A DNA stretch of 64,000 nucleotides, taken from Candidatus Latescibacterota bacterium (GTDB taxonomy: Bacteria; Latescibacterota; UBA2968; UBA8231). The stretch is taken from contig OZ242214.1 of the NCBI GenBank assembly GCA_965206595.1, positions 4,640,001 through 4,704,000 on the forward strand, given 5' to 3'. The notes under the pieces are model-generated. The model did no database searches. It had not been told where the DNA came from and saw only the letters and a list, made by a program, of their open reading frames with translations. This document shows, piece after piece, positions 10,732 to 22,120 of the stretch (position 1 is its first letter; each line of letters starts with the position of its first letter). Both the position numbers and the translations under genes were made by a program.

Positions 10732-11967
10732 TCAGGGCGCGGGGGCGGAAAAGAGGAGGACGGCGTTGTGGCCGCCAAAGCCGAACGAGTTCGAAAGCAC
10801 CCGTGCGAGCGGCCTTCGGAGCACCTCGCCGCGCACGCAGGAGATGCCCATTTCGTCGATGCTCTCGCAGTTGATCGTCGGCGGGACGGACCCCGACTCG
10901 ACAGCCTTGGCCGCGGCGACCGCCTGGGCAGCTCCGGAGGCGGCGAGCATGTGGCCCGTCATCGACTTGATCGCGGTTACCGGAACGGGGCCCAGCGCTT
11001 CCCCGAGGGAGGCGCCCAAGGCGCGAACCTCGGCCTCGTCGCCTGCCCGGGTGCCGGCTGCGTGGGCGAATATCGCGCTGACCTCGCGAGGACCGGTGCC
11101 GGCCTTCTCCAGTGCCCGGGAGATGGCCTTCGCCGCGGCTGCACCGTTCGGTTCCGGCCTCGTTTCGTGCACCCCATCGGTCGTTGCGCCGTACCCGGAG
11201 AGCTCGGCGTAGACGCGGGCGCCCCGTCTTCTGGCATGATCCAGCTCCTCGAGAACGAGGACTGCGGCACCCTCGGCGAGCACGAATCCGTCCCGGTCGC
11301 GGTCGAAAGGGCGGCAGGCACGCTGCGGCTCGGCGTTGCGCCGCGACAGCGCTCCGAGAGCGTGGTCGCCGGCCAGGGTCAGCGGGGTTATGCAAGCCTC
11401 GGCGGCGCCGGCGACCATCACCTCGGCATCCCCCCTGCGGATGATCTCGGAAGCCTCGCCGAGGGCGTGGCCACCGGTGGCGCACGCGGAGGAGAGGGCG
11501 AAGCCAGGGCCGCGGAGGTCGAGCAGCATCGCGGCCTGGGCGGCGGCCATGTTGCTGAGCATGCGCGGGATCAGCAAGGGACTCGCGGCTTTTCGACCGG
11601 GGATCGGACCGAGGGCGGCGGCGGCCTGAAGGGCTGTGTTTTCGCCGCCGTGGCTGGAGCCCAGCACGATCCCCGAATCGTACGGATCGTGAGCTTCGAT
11701 TCCGGCGTCCTGCCAGGCCTGCAACGCCGCCCCGACTCCGAACAGGGCGTACCTGTCGAGGCGCCGGGCACGTCTGCGGTCGATTTCGGCAGGGAGCGTG
11801 AATTCCGTGACCTCGCCGGCGATGCGCACCGGGAAGGCGCCGGCATCGAAGAGAGTGATCGGACCGACCCCTGACTGCCCGGCGCACAGTCGGTCCCAGA
11901 AACGGGCGGCACCGGAACCAAGTGGAGTCACGGCCCCCAAGCCGGTGACGGCCACCCTCCGGCTCAT
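10732..11967 (-). CDS. FabF-like beta-ketoacyl-ACP synthase paralogue heading the biotin operon
   Basis: RRVAVTGLG, catalytic Cys in SSACATG, His in FAHAAGT and TGHMLAAS, NSFGFGGHN; start at MSRRV (411 aa). Confidence 0.9.
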   Translation of the reverse strand: MSRRVAVTGLGAVTPLGSGAARFWDRLCAGQSGVGPITLFDAGAFPVRIAGEVTEFTLPAEIDRRRARRLDRYALFGVGAALQAWQDAGIEAHDPYDSGIVLGSSHGGENTALQAAAALGPIPGRKAASPLLIPRMLSNMAAAQAAMLLDLRGPGFALSSACATGGHALGEASEIIRRGDAEVMVAGAAEACITPLTLAGDHALGALSRRNAEPQRACRPFDRDRDGFVLAEGAAVLVLEELDHARRRGARVYAELSGYGATTDGVHETRPEPNGAAAAKAISRALEKAGTGPREVSAIFAHAAGTRAGDEAEVRALGASLGEALGPVPVTAIKSMTGHMLAASGAAQAVAAAKAVESGSVPPTINCESIDEMGISCVRGEVLRRPLARVLSNSFGFGGHNAVLLFSAPAP

Positions 11968-11984
11968 GGTGTCACTGTCTTTGG

Positions 11985-12191
11985 TTCTCCCGGCCGGATG
12001 GGGCAACGGGAAAGCGAGGCGTGACCGCATATCGGTTCGCGCCGAAGCGTTTCAACGCCCTTCAGGAGGTACGCCTCCAAGGCAGAATTCCCGCGCCGCC
12101 CCGGATAGGCCGGGGGGCCGGAGCCCTGGCGGGGGAAGCCAGCGGAACTGCGGCCGCGGTTGCGGCCGCGAACTCCAGACCTGGGGAACCC
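11985..12191 (-). ncRNA. Candidate structured cis-regulatory 5' leader of the biotin operon
   Basis: Nested stems found by hand; two long-range stems need G-U pairs that form only on the minus (mRNA) strand. No known riboswitch consensus recognised. Confidence 0.45.
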
Positions 12192-12313
12192 TTTCATGGA
12201 TCGATCAGACCCTTTTACAGCTCGTTTTTTTGGTCATACCGAGAATATACACCGGCTGAAGGAGTCCCGTTCGCCGGCAAAACGGGAGCCGCCGGAGGCG
12301 CCGACCATCCTGC

Positions 12314-12342
12314 TTGACAGCCTGTCGATACCACCTTAGCCT
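12314..12342 (+). promoter_or_regulatory. sigma70-type promoter of the nqr operon
   Basis: TTGACA-17 nt-TAGCCT, ending 65 nt before the nqrA ATG. Confidence 0.6.
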
Positions 12343-12353
12343 GTAAGGCTTGA

Positions 12354-13759
<1,406 letters not shown>

Positions 13760-13760
<1 letters not shown>

Positions 13761-14971
13761 TGAAGCTGCTCAGAGACCTTCTCGACCAGGCGGCGCCGCT
13801 TTTCGAGCGCGGCGGCCGCCTCGAACGCCTCTACCCGGCGTACGAGGCGGGCGACACGTTCCTGTACACGCCTGGAGAGATCACCCGGGGTGCTTCACAC
13901 GTGCGCGACTCCCTCGACCTCAAGCGCATGATGATAACCGTCGTGGTCGCCCTGGTTCCCTGTATCTTCATGGCGATGTGGAACACAGGGTACCAGGCCA
14001 ACCTGGCGATGGCGGAGATGGGGCTGACCTCGGCGGGCGGGTGGCGCGGGGTCGTCATCGACGTCCTCGAGATCGGCTACGATCCCGGCAACATCATCGC
14101 CAACCTGTTCCACGGAGCCCTCTACTTCATCCCGGTCTTTCTCGTATGCAACATCGTGGGGGGTACCTGGGAGGCGCTGTTCTCGACCATTCGCCGCCAC
14201 GAGATCAACGAGGGTTTCCTGGTTACGGGGATGCTGTTTCCCCTGACCCTGCCGCCGACTATTCCGCTGTGGCAGGTGGCCATCGGCATCAGCTTCGGCG
14301 TCGTCATCGGCAAGGAGATTTTCGGGGGCACCGGCAAGAACTTCCTCAACCCGGCCCTGACCGCGAGGGCGTTTCTGTACTTCGCCTACCCGGTGGAGAT
14401 CACCGGCGACAAGATCTGGGTCGCGGTCGACGGCTACTCCTACGCGACCCCCCTGGGCAAGGTGCCCGCCGCCGGCATCGCCGCCCTGAGCGCGACGTCC
14501 CTGTGGGATGCCTTCCTCGGGACCATACCGGGATCGATGGGGGAGACCTCCTTTCTCGCCTGCGCCATCGGCGCCGCCATCCTGATCGCAACCAAGATCG
14601 GCTCGTGGCGCATCATGCTCGGAATGACTCTGGGCACCCTGGTCTTCGGCTGGCTGATGACGCTGGTCGAAAGCGACACCAACCCGATGTTCGCCATGAG
14701 CCCGCTGTGGCACCTCTTCCTCGGCGGTTTCGCCTTCGGTTGCGTGTTCATGGCCACAGATCCGGTGTCGGCGGCGTTCACGAACCGCGGCAAGTGGTTT
14801 TACGGCGGCCTGATCGGGGCGATGACGATTCTGATCCGCGTAGTCAATCCCGCATTTCCCGAGGGGGTGATGCTGGCGATCCTGTTCGGCAACGTGTTCG
14901 CCCCCGTAATCGACTATTTCGTGGTACAGGCAAACATCAAGCGGCGCCTGTTGCGAACGGCTGCCGGTTGA
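13760..14971 (+). CDS. nqrB: Na+-NQR subunit B
   Basis: [31 protein letters not shown]-Thr motif [17 protein letters not shown]; ATG overlaps the nqrA TGA. Confidence 0.96.
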
Positions 14972-14993
14972 GCCAGGGAGGCGAGCGAGCACC

Positions 14994-15773
14994 GTGCCCA
15001 AAGAGACCATCGGCAAGACCTTCTTCGTCGCCGCGGCCCTGTGCGTGATCTGCTCCGTTCTCGTTTCCACCGCGGCGGTTACGCTGCGTCCGACCCAGGG
15101 GGTCAACAAGCTCCTCGACAAGAAGCGGAACATCCTGACCGCTGCCGGCCTCTTCGACGAGAGCAGGCCGATCGACGAGCTGTTCGAGAGCATCGAGGAG
15201 AAGGTCGTCGATCTCGCCAGCGGCGAATTCGTCGACCTTGACCCGGACGAATACGATCAGCGCAACGCCGCCCGCGACCCGGACCAGAGCGTCGCCATCC
15301 CCGCCAAGCGAGACCCGGCAGGCATCAAGCGCCGAGCCAAGTTCGCCGCTGTGTACCTCGTGTACAGGAAGGGCGAGGTCGACAAGGTCATCCTGCCGCT
15401 ACATGGCAAGGGGCTGTGGTCGACCCTCTACGGTTTCCTCGCCCTCGACATCGAAGACGTCAATACCATTCGCAGTCTCGTCTACTATGAACACGGCGAG
15501 ACTCCCGGGCTCGGGGGCGAGGTCGACAACCCTCGCTGGAAGGCGCTGTGGAACGGCAAACGCGCTTTCGACGACGAGGGCAGGGTCGCCATTGAGGTGG
15601 TCCGCGGGCTGGTCGACGCCAACAGTCCGCAAGCGGTCTACCAGGTCGACGGGCTTTCCGGGGCGACGATAACCTCGCGCGGAGTGAGCAACACACTTAG
15701 GTACTGGTTGGGCGAGGACGGGTACGGCCCCTTCCTCGATCGCCTGAAGGAAAAAGGAGCTGCCCATGGGTAA
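14994..15773 (+). CDS. nqrC: Na+-NQR subunit C
   Basis: [20 protein letters not shown] motif [11 protein letters not shown]. Confidence 0.96.
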   Translation: MPKETIGKTFFVAAALCVICSVLVSTAAVTLRPTQGVNKLLDKKRNILTAAGLFDESRPIDELFESIEEKVVDLASGEFVDLDPDEYDQRNAARDPDQSVAIPAKRDPAGIKRRAKFAAVYLVYRKGEVDKVILPLHGKGLWSTLYGFLALDIEDVNTIRSLVYYEHGETPGLGGEVDNPRWKALWNGKRAFDDEGRVAIEVVRGLVDANSPQAVYQVDGLSGATITSRGVSNTLRYWLGEDGYGPFLDRLKEKGAAHG

Positions 15774-16392
15774 AGCCAGGGAAACGCTGCTGCATCCCGT
15801 ACTGGACGATAACCCGATCGCCCTGCAGATCCTGGGGATCTGTTCGGCTCTGGCCGTGACCAGCAAGCTCGAGACCTCGGTCACCATGTGCCTGGCGGTG
15901 ATCTTCGTCCTCGTGTTTTCGAATGCCGCAGTCAGCCTAATCCGCGCCTACATCCCGACCAACATCCGCATCATCGTTCAGATGACGATCATCGCCTCGC
16001 TGGTCATCATCGTCGATCAGTTTCTCCGCGCCTACGCCTTCGATATCAGCAAACAGTTGTCGGTCTTCGTCGGCCTCATCATCACCAACTGTATCGTGAT
16101 GGGCCGCGCCGAGGCGTTCGCGATGAAGAACGGCCTCTTCATGAGCATGCTCGACGGGCTCGGCAACGCCTTGGGTTACAGCCTCATTCTCCTGGTGGTC
16201 GGGGTGTGCCGGGAGTTGTTCGGCTCCGGCAAGCTTTTCGGAGTCGAGGTGTTCAGGCTCGCGACGGAAGGTGGCTGGTACGCCCCCAACGGGCTGATGC
16301 TCCTGCCTCCGAGCGCTTTTTTCATAATCGGCGTCTTCATATGGGTCCTGCGTTCGTTCAAGACCAAACAGATTGAGAAGGAGGGTTTCTGA
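15766..16392 (+). CDS. nqrD: Na+-NQR subunit D
   Basis: [34 protein letters not shown]. Confidence 0.96.
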   Translation: MGKARETLLHPVLDDNPIALQILGICSALAVTSKLETSVTMCLAVIFVLVFSNAAVSLIRAYIPTNIRIIVQMTIIASLVIIVDQFLRAYAFDISKQLSVFVGLIITNCIVMGRAEAFAMKNGLFMSMLDGLGNALGYSLILLVVGVCRELFGSGKLFGVEVFRLATEGGWYAPNGLMLLPPSAFFIIGVFIWVLRSFKTKQIEKEGF

Positions 16393-17003
16393 TGCTCGAA
16401 GCCTACCTCAACCTGTTCGTGAAAGCGGTGTTCGTCGAGAACATCGCGCTCGCCTTTTTCCTGGGGATGTGCACCTTCCTGGCGGTGTCAAAGCGGGTCT
16501 CGACTGCGTTCGGCCTGGGGGTTGCCGTGGTCGTTGTTCAGGGCATCACCGTCCCGATCAACAACCTGGTTTACCAGCACATGCTCAAGGCGGATGCCCT
16601 GGCCTGGGCGGGGCTCACGGGAGTGGATCTCACTTTCGTCGGCCTGATCAGCTACATCGGGGTAATTGCCGCCAGCGTTCAGATCCTCGAGATGTTCCTC
16701 GACAAGTACGTCCCCTCGCTTTACAACGCCCTCGGCATATTCCTGCCGCTGATAACCGTCAACTGCGCCATCCTCGGCGGGTCGCTGTTCATGGTCGAGC
16801 GCGACTACGACTTCGGCGAAAGCGTGATCTTCGGACTCGGCTCGGGAGTCGGGTGGGCGCTGGCGATCGTCGCCCTGGCCGGCATCCGCGAAAAGCTCAA
16901 GTACAGCGACGTACCTCCGGGGCTGCGCGGACTGGGTATCACCTTCATGACGGTCGGGCTGATGGCGATGGCGTTCATGGCCTTCTCGGGTATTCAACTG
17001 TAA
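16392..17003 (+). CDS. nqrE: Na+-NQR subunit E
   Basis: [26 protein letters not shown]. Confidence 0.96.
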   Translation: MLEAYLNLFVKAVFVENIALAFFLGMCTFLAVSKRVSTAFGLGVAVVVVQGITVPINNLVYQHMLKADALAWAGLTGVDLTFVGLISYIGVIAASVQILEMFLDKYVPSLYNALGIFLPLITVNCAILGGSLFMVERDYDFGESVIFGLGSGVGWALAIVALAGIREKLKYSDVPPGLRGLGITFMTVGLMAMAFMAFSGIQL

Positions 17004-17039
17004 TGGAACCGACCTCTTTATTACGGACAGTTCGCAGCC

Positions 17040-18281
17040 ATGACTGAGATCGTCTCCGGGGCAGGCATGTTCACCGGCGTCGTCCTCGTGCTGGTGGGGA
17101 TCATCCTGATTGCCCGGTCGAAGCTCGTTGCCACCGGCGACGTGCGCATCCTGATCAACGACGACGAAGATCGCTCGCTCACCATACCGGCCGGCGGCAA
17201 GCTGCTCAACGTCCTCGCCGACAACGAGATCTACGTTTCCTCGGCCTGCGGCGGCGGCGGCACCTGTGCCCAGTGCCGGGTCAAGGTGCACGATGGAGGC
17301 GGGGAAATCCTGGCCACCGAGCTCGAGCACGTAACCCGCCGCGAGGCACGCGACGGGGACCGCCTCTCCTGCCAGGTCACCGTCAAGCAGGACATGAAGA
17401 TCGAAGTGCCTGCCGAGGTCTTCTCGGTGCGGCGCTGGGAGTGCGAGGTGGTGTCGAACGAAAACGTCGCCACCTTCATCAAGGAGTTCGTGCTGAAGCT
17501 GCCCGAGGGGGAGATCCTCGATTTCGAGTCCGGCGGCTTCATCCAGATCGAGGTGCCCCCGTTCGAGTGCAGCTTCCGCGAATTCGAGGTCGACGAGCGC
17601 TTCCATGAAGACTGGGACCGGTTCAACGTCTGGAACCTTCGCACCGTCAATCAGGACCCGGTCTTCCGCGCCTATTCGATGGCCAACCACCCGGCCGAGG
17701 GGAACATGATGATGCTCAACATCCGCATCGCCACCCCGCCTGTCGACCGCGCCACCGGAACCTGGGAAAAGGTGAATCCCGGTGTAGTATCGTCCTACAC
17801 CTTCAAGCTGAAACCGGGGGACAAGGTGACGATCTCCGGGCCCTACGGGGAGTTCTACATCCAGGATACCGACCGCGAGATGGTCTACATCGGCGGCGGC
17901 GCCGGCATGGCCCCGTTGCGCTCCCACATATTCCATCTGTTCCACACCTTGCAGACGAAACGCAAGGTCTCGTACTGGTACGGGGCGCGCTCGAGCAAGG
18001 AGCTGTTCTACGAAGAGCACTTCCTCGACATCGAGAGGAGCTTCCCGAATTTCTCCTGGCACGTGGCGATGTCGGAGCCTTTGCCCGAAGACAACTGGAC
18101 CGGGCACACCGGCTTCATTCACCAGGTGGTGCTCAAGGAATACCTGAGCAAACACCCGGCTCCCGAAGACGTCGAGTACTACCTGTGCGGCCCGCCGATG
18201 ATGTTGCAGGCGGTGCTGCGCATGTTCGATGATCTGGGCGTCGAAGAAGAAATGATCCGCTTCGACGATTTCGGTTCCTAA
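17040..18281 (+). CDS. nqrF: Na+-NQR subunit F
   Basis: 2Fe-2[43 protein letters not shown]. Confidence 0.97.
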   Translation: MTEIVSGAGMFTGVVLVLVGIILIARSKLVATGDVRILINDDEDRSLTIPAGGKLLNVLADNEIYVSSACGGGGTCAQCRVKVHDGGGEILATELEHVTRREARDGDRLSCQVTVKQDMKIEVPAEVFSVRRWECEVVSNENVATFIKEFVLKLPEGEILDFESGGFIQIEVPPFECSFREFEVDERFHEDWDRFNVWNLRTVNQDPVFRAYSMANHPAEGNMMMLNIRIATPPVDRATGTWEKVNPGVVSSYTFKLKPGDKVTISGPYGEFYIQDTDREMVYIGGGAGMAPLRSHIFHLFHTLQTKRKVSYWYGARSSKELFYEEHFLDIERSFPNFSWHVAMSEPLPEDNWTGHTGFIHQVVLKEYLSKHPAPEDVEYYLCGPPMMLQAVLRMFDDLGVEEEMIRFDDFGS

Positions 18282-18317
18282 GGAGCGGCTGCGCCCCGGA
18301 AAAACGAATTTGCCCGA

Positions 18318-18339
18318 CCCGGGCAGGCAACTGCCCGGG
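18318..18339 (+). other. GNRA-capped hairpin after nqrF
   Basis: CCCGGGCAG-GCAA-CTGCCCGGG; no U-tract, so probably an mRNA stability or pausing element. Confidence 0.45.
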
Positions 18340-18379
18340 CGGAAACGCCGCGTGCGTCCCGCCGCCGCAGGTGAGGTCG

Positions 18380-18619
18380 ATGGAAACATTCCTCTCAGCT
18401 CTCGTGGTTTTCACCCTCGTAATTTCCGCCATGGCGGTCGGGGTCATACTCGGCAACCGCGCCATCAAGGGTTCGTGCGGGGGCTTGGGCGCCCTGCGCG
18501 ACGAACTCGGACAGCCGATGTGCGAGTGCGGAGCCGGAGAAGGGGATTCCTGCGCCGGTGGCCGGGAAGGCTCCATGTACCGACCTCGGCTGGAGTCGGG
18601 AAAGGCGGTCGCTAGCTGA
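18380..18619 (+). CDS. nqrM: Na+-NQR maturation protein NqrM
   Basis: Single TM helix, then IKGSCGGL and further Cys residues (CECG, DSC); SD GAGGT before the ATG. Confidence 0.88.
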   Translation: METFLSALVVFTLVISAMAVGVILGNRAIKGSCGGLGALRDELGQPMCECGAGEGDSCAGGREGSMYRPRLESGKAVAS

Positions 18620-18802
18620 GGTGATCGCCGCGCGGGATCCCGCCGCGCAGCGGGAATCCGGTACGCATCGGCTGGGTCTCGGGCGCGATGGGAACGGCAC
18701 CCCGGAAGCGCCCCCCCGGATCCCACATCAGGCCGCAGATCAACCCTGTCGAAGGGCCGCATTCATCCCGCAGGCCCCTGCCCTCGCTGTGGATTCAGGA
18801 AT

Positions 18803-19093
18803 ATGACAGACTCGGACCCAGCCAGCCCGGATGAAAAGGGCCAGACTGGCAAAGCCCTCAGCTCCTTCGCGCAGGCCGGGGGCTACATCGGATCCGGCTT
18901 CCAGTTTGCCGCCGCGATTGCCGTCGGGTTGTTCGCCGGGTGGTGGCTCGACGCCAAGCTCGGGACCTCCCCGCTGCTGCTGATCGCCGGATGTCTGGCT
19001 GGCGCAGTGTCAGGTTTCTGGTACCTCGTCCGCAGTCTCGGCGGCAGCACCGGGAAAAAGGGCGGACACGGAAGAGGAGGGACCCCGCGCTGA
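18803..19093 (+). CDS. atpZ: ATP synthase accessory protein, AtpZ/AtpI family
   Basis: Two TM helices with GWWLDAKLGTSP; first gene of the atp cluster. Confidence 0.85.
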   Translation: MTDSDPASPDEKGQTGKALSSFAQAGGYIGSGFQFAAAIAVGLFAGWWLDAKLGTSPLLLIAGCLAGAVSGFWYLVRSLGGSTGKKGGHGRGGTPR

Positions 19094-19404
19094 TGTGGGA
19101 GAGTGTTCTCTTCGGCCTGGGGCTCGCTGCCGTCAACGCCGCCGCCGCGTGGCTGACGATACAGTGTTCGTGGAAGCGCAGCCCGGCCTTCCTCGTGCAG
19201 GCGTTCCTCGGGGGCATGTTGGCGCGTCTGCTGGCGATGGGCTTGGCGCTTGCCCTGATCTTCAAGTTTTCCGCCGTGGAAAAGGCTCCCTTCGTCGCCG
19301 CTTTCGCAGCGGCTTTTCTCGCCTTTCAGGTCGCGGAGATCGCTTTGGTAATTCGCAGGCGCGAAACCGAACGCTCCCGTCCAGAGGGCTTCGGCGGACC
19401 CTGA
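19093..19404 (+). CDS. ATP synthase protein I-like membrane protein
   Basis: 103 aa hydrophobic ORF (FLGGMLARL) starting at an ATG overlapping the atpZ TGA, in the usual atpI position. Confidence 0.7.
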   Translation: MWESVLFGLGLAAVNAAAAWLTIQCSWKRSPAFLVQAFLGGMLARLLAMGLALALIFKFSAVEKAPFVAAFAAAFLAFQVAEIALVIRRRETERSRPEGFGGP

Positions 19405-19550
19405 TTCCCAGGGTGGAGATTGCAGTCGAGGCCATTTGACAGAAGCGGTGGTCCCCTTAAGTTTACCCGGCTGAAAATCCCGCAGTCGAAGTATCCGATT
19501 CGTTTCCGCGAAAATAGTGCCGGTTCTGGTAGCCATCGAGTTGGGGTTGA

Positions 19551-20384
19551 ATGGCAAACGATGCGAGCGCGGCTGACGCCGCGGATGGGAAAATAGATAT
19601 CATCGGGCACGTCATGGATGCCAGGCATCTCGAGGTGCCCTTCATCAATGCCCACCACATTCTCGACGGTAGAATAGAGCTCCCCCAGTTCGAACCCGTT
19701 TTCGGCATAGACCTTTCCATAACCCGCCACGTCGTGATGATGTGGGTTGCCAGCGCCCTGCTGATCGCCCTGCTCCTCAGCGCTTTCCGCAAACCCGGGC
19801 TGGTTCCAGGCGGCCTCGCCAACTTTTTCGAAGCGATTATCCTGTTCATCCGGGACGAAGTGGTGCAACCGGTGATGGGGGATCACGGCCGGCCGTTTCT
19901 GCCGTTTTTCCTGACTCTCTTTTTCTTCATCCTGTTTCTCAACCTTCTCGGACTGATTCCCTACAGCGCCACCGCTACCGGAAACGTATCGGTCACCGCG
20001 GCTCTCGCACTGGTAACCTTCGCCATAACGCAAGTGGTGGGAATCGCCAACAACGGTCCCTTGGGTTACGCCAAGAGCCTGGTGCCGTCTGGCATGCCGG
20101 TCTGGCTGCTGCCGATCATGGTTCCCATCGAAGTGCTCGGCATGCTGGTCAAACCGTTTGCGCTGTGCATCCGCCTGTTCGCCAACATGATCGCCGGGCA
20201 CGTAGCTATACTGGTGTTCCTGGCGATGATCGTAATGTTCAAGAGCTATTTCCTCGCGCCGGTGTCGGTGGTTTTCGCCGCCGCGATATACCTGTTCGAA
20301 ATCTTCATTGCCTTCGTTCAGGCATTCATTTTTACCCTGTTGTCGGCGCTGTTCATAAACATGGCCGCTCACCCCGATCACTGA
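19551..20384 (+). CDS. atpB: F0 subunit a
   Basis: NLLGLIPY, KPFALCIRLFANMIAGH (essential Arg), FVQAFIFTLL. Confidence 0.96.
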   Translation: MANDASAADAADGKIDIIGHVMDARHLEVPFINAHHILDGRIELPQFEPVFGIDLSITRHVVMMWVASALLIALLLSAFRKPGLVPGGLANFFEAIILFIRDEVVQPVMGDHGRPFLPFFLTLFFFILFLNLLGLIPYSATATGNVSVTAALALVTFAITQVVGIANNGPLGYAKSLVPSGMPVWLLPIMVPIEVLGMLVKPFALCIRLFANMIAGHVAILVFLAMIVMFKSYFLAPVSVVFAAAIYLFEIFIAFVQAFIFTLLSALFINMAAHPDH

Positions 20385-20411
20385 CGGAGACCGCGGCCCC
20401 CCCCAAGCTGA

Positions 20412-20672
<261 letters not shown>

Positions 20673-20828
20673 GGCCGCCTGTTCACGCAGGAGTCCGCGG
20701 CGGACGATCGCCGGATCCGGGCCGTCGCCGGTCCCGAACCGGTTTACGAGACTCTACCCGCGCAGGACTCGTCGTGGGCTCAAGGCACCTGGCGGTGCGA
20801 AACCCGACCTAACCTGTAAGAGCGGATC

Positions 20829-21326
20829 ATGTTGCTGGAGCCTCACGCAGGCCTGATTGCCTGGACGATAATCACCTTCGCGGTGGTGCTGATTGTACTC
20901 AAGCGATTCGTGTGGACGCCCCTGCTCGAAGCCCTCGACGAGCGCCAACGCCGCATCCGCGAAGCCTTGGAAGGAGCGGAAAGGGCGCGCGACGAAGCCC
21001 GCGCCACCCTGGCCGAACACCAAGAAGCCCTCGCCGGGGCCGAAGCCGAAGCCCGGGACATCGTCGCGCAGGCGCGGGAAGCCGCCGAGCGGGTGCGTTC
21101 CGACCTGGTTTCCCACGCTCGCCAGGAAGCCGAACAGACACTGGAGCAGGCGCGCCGGACCATAGAGAGCGAAAAGCTCGTCGCCTTGGGGGAGCTGCGC
21201 CGGGAAGTCGCCGACCTCGCGGTGCGTGCGGCCGGGGAGATCCTCAACGCCAATCTCGACGACAAGCGCAATCGCCGTCTCGTCGACGACCTGATCGCCG
21301 ATGTTCCCGACAATCCCTCAGGATGA
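20829..21326 (+). CDS. atpF: F0 subunit b
   Basis: N-terminal TM helix (GLIAWTIITF...WTPLL) followed by a coiled coil. Confidence 0.95.
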   Translation: MLLEPHAGLIAWTIITFAVVLIVLKRFVWTPLLEALDERQRRIREALEGAERARDEARATLAEHQEALAGAEAEARDIVAQAREAAERVRSDLVSHARQEAEQTLEQARRTIESEKLVALGELRREVADLAVRAAGEILNANLDDKRNRRLVDDLIADVPDNPSG

Positions 21327-21365
21327 CGGGAAGGATCTGAAAGCAATGCGGGGTGGTTCGCACTC

Positions 21366-21908
21366 GTGAGAGCCCAGGAGGTCGTCTGCAGGTACGCCGT
21401 CACGCTACTGGAGGCGTTGGAAGAGAGGGGTGTCGGCGAGGCGGAGATGCGCCGGGACATGGAGGGGCTGGATGCTGCGCTGCGGAGTTCGGCGGAGCTG
21501 GTGGAGTTCCTGCGGAATCCGCTGCTTCAGCTGGAAGCCAAGCGCTCCGGTCTCGAAGCGTTGTTCACCGGCAAGGTTCAGCCGTTGACCCTCAACTTTC
21601 TCAGGCTGCTGGTGGAGCGCCGCCGCATCGGCTTGCTGCCGGAAATCGCGCGCGGGTTTCTCGACCTCCTCGACCGGCGGTCGGGGGTGGCCACGGCGCA
21701 GGTGACCTCGGCGGTGGCGTTGACCACGGATCAGGAAGAGCGCCTGCGGACGCGGCTGGCCTCGTTTACAGGACTGCAGATCCGCCTCGACACGAGCGTC
21801 GATCCCGACCTCGGGGGAGGGCTGGTCGCACGAGTCGGCGATCTCGTGTTCGACGGCTCAGTGGAAACTCAGCTCGAGCGTCTGCGCGTACGATTGATGG
21901 AAGCTTGA
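21366..21908 (+). CDS. atpH: F1 subunit delta
   Basis: RYAVTL, NFLRLLVERRR, VDPDLGGGLVARVGDLVFDGSV. Confidence 0.93.
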   Translation: MRAQEVVCRYAVTLLEALEERGVGEAEMRRDMEGLDAALRSSAELVEFLRNPLLQLEAKRSGLEALFTGKVQPLTLNFLRLLVERRRIGLLPEIARGFLDLLDRRSGVATAQVTSAVALTTDQEERLRTRLASFTGLQIRLDTSVDPDLGGGLVARVGDLVFDGSVETQLERLRVRLMEA

Positions 21909-21951
21909 TTCTCTCGTAAAAACCCTACGTCCCCAGAATGCCCGGTTTGTT

Positions 21952-21999
21952 ATACAACATATAGTGTATGCCTTGTCTTAGTTGGCCAATATATAGTGG
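21952..21999. promoter_or_regulatory. Tandem NrdR-box-like operator pair inside the atp operon
   Basis: ATACAACATATAGTGT (21952-21967) and GGCCAATATATAGTGG (21984-21999) against the consensus acaCwAtATaTwGtgt; 32 bp start-to-start. Confidence 0.7.
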
Positions 22000-22120
22000 C
22001 GCTCTAGTGTGCTGAATCGCTGAACATCCTGAAAATGGGGTTAATACGAAGGAGTCAAGCTTGATCAAGGCAGTGGTAGCACATACCGAATTCGATACGG
22101 AGCGCAGGAGGATGTAGGCG

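Noticed and set aside
8343-11887. Apparent 753-aa BioA and 731-aa BioB fusion proteins in the ORF track
   Set aside because: The N-terminal extensions are off-frame readings of bioB and the fabF-like gene; internal starts give normal-length proteins.
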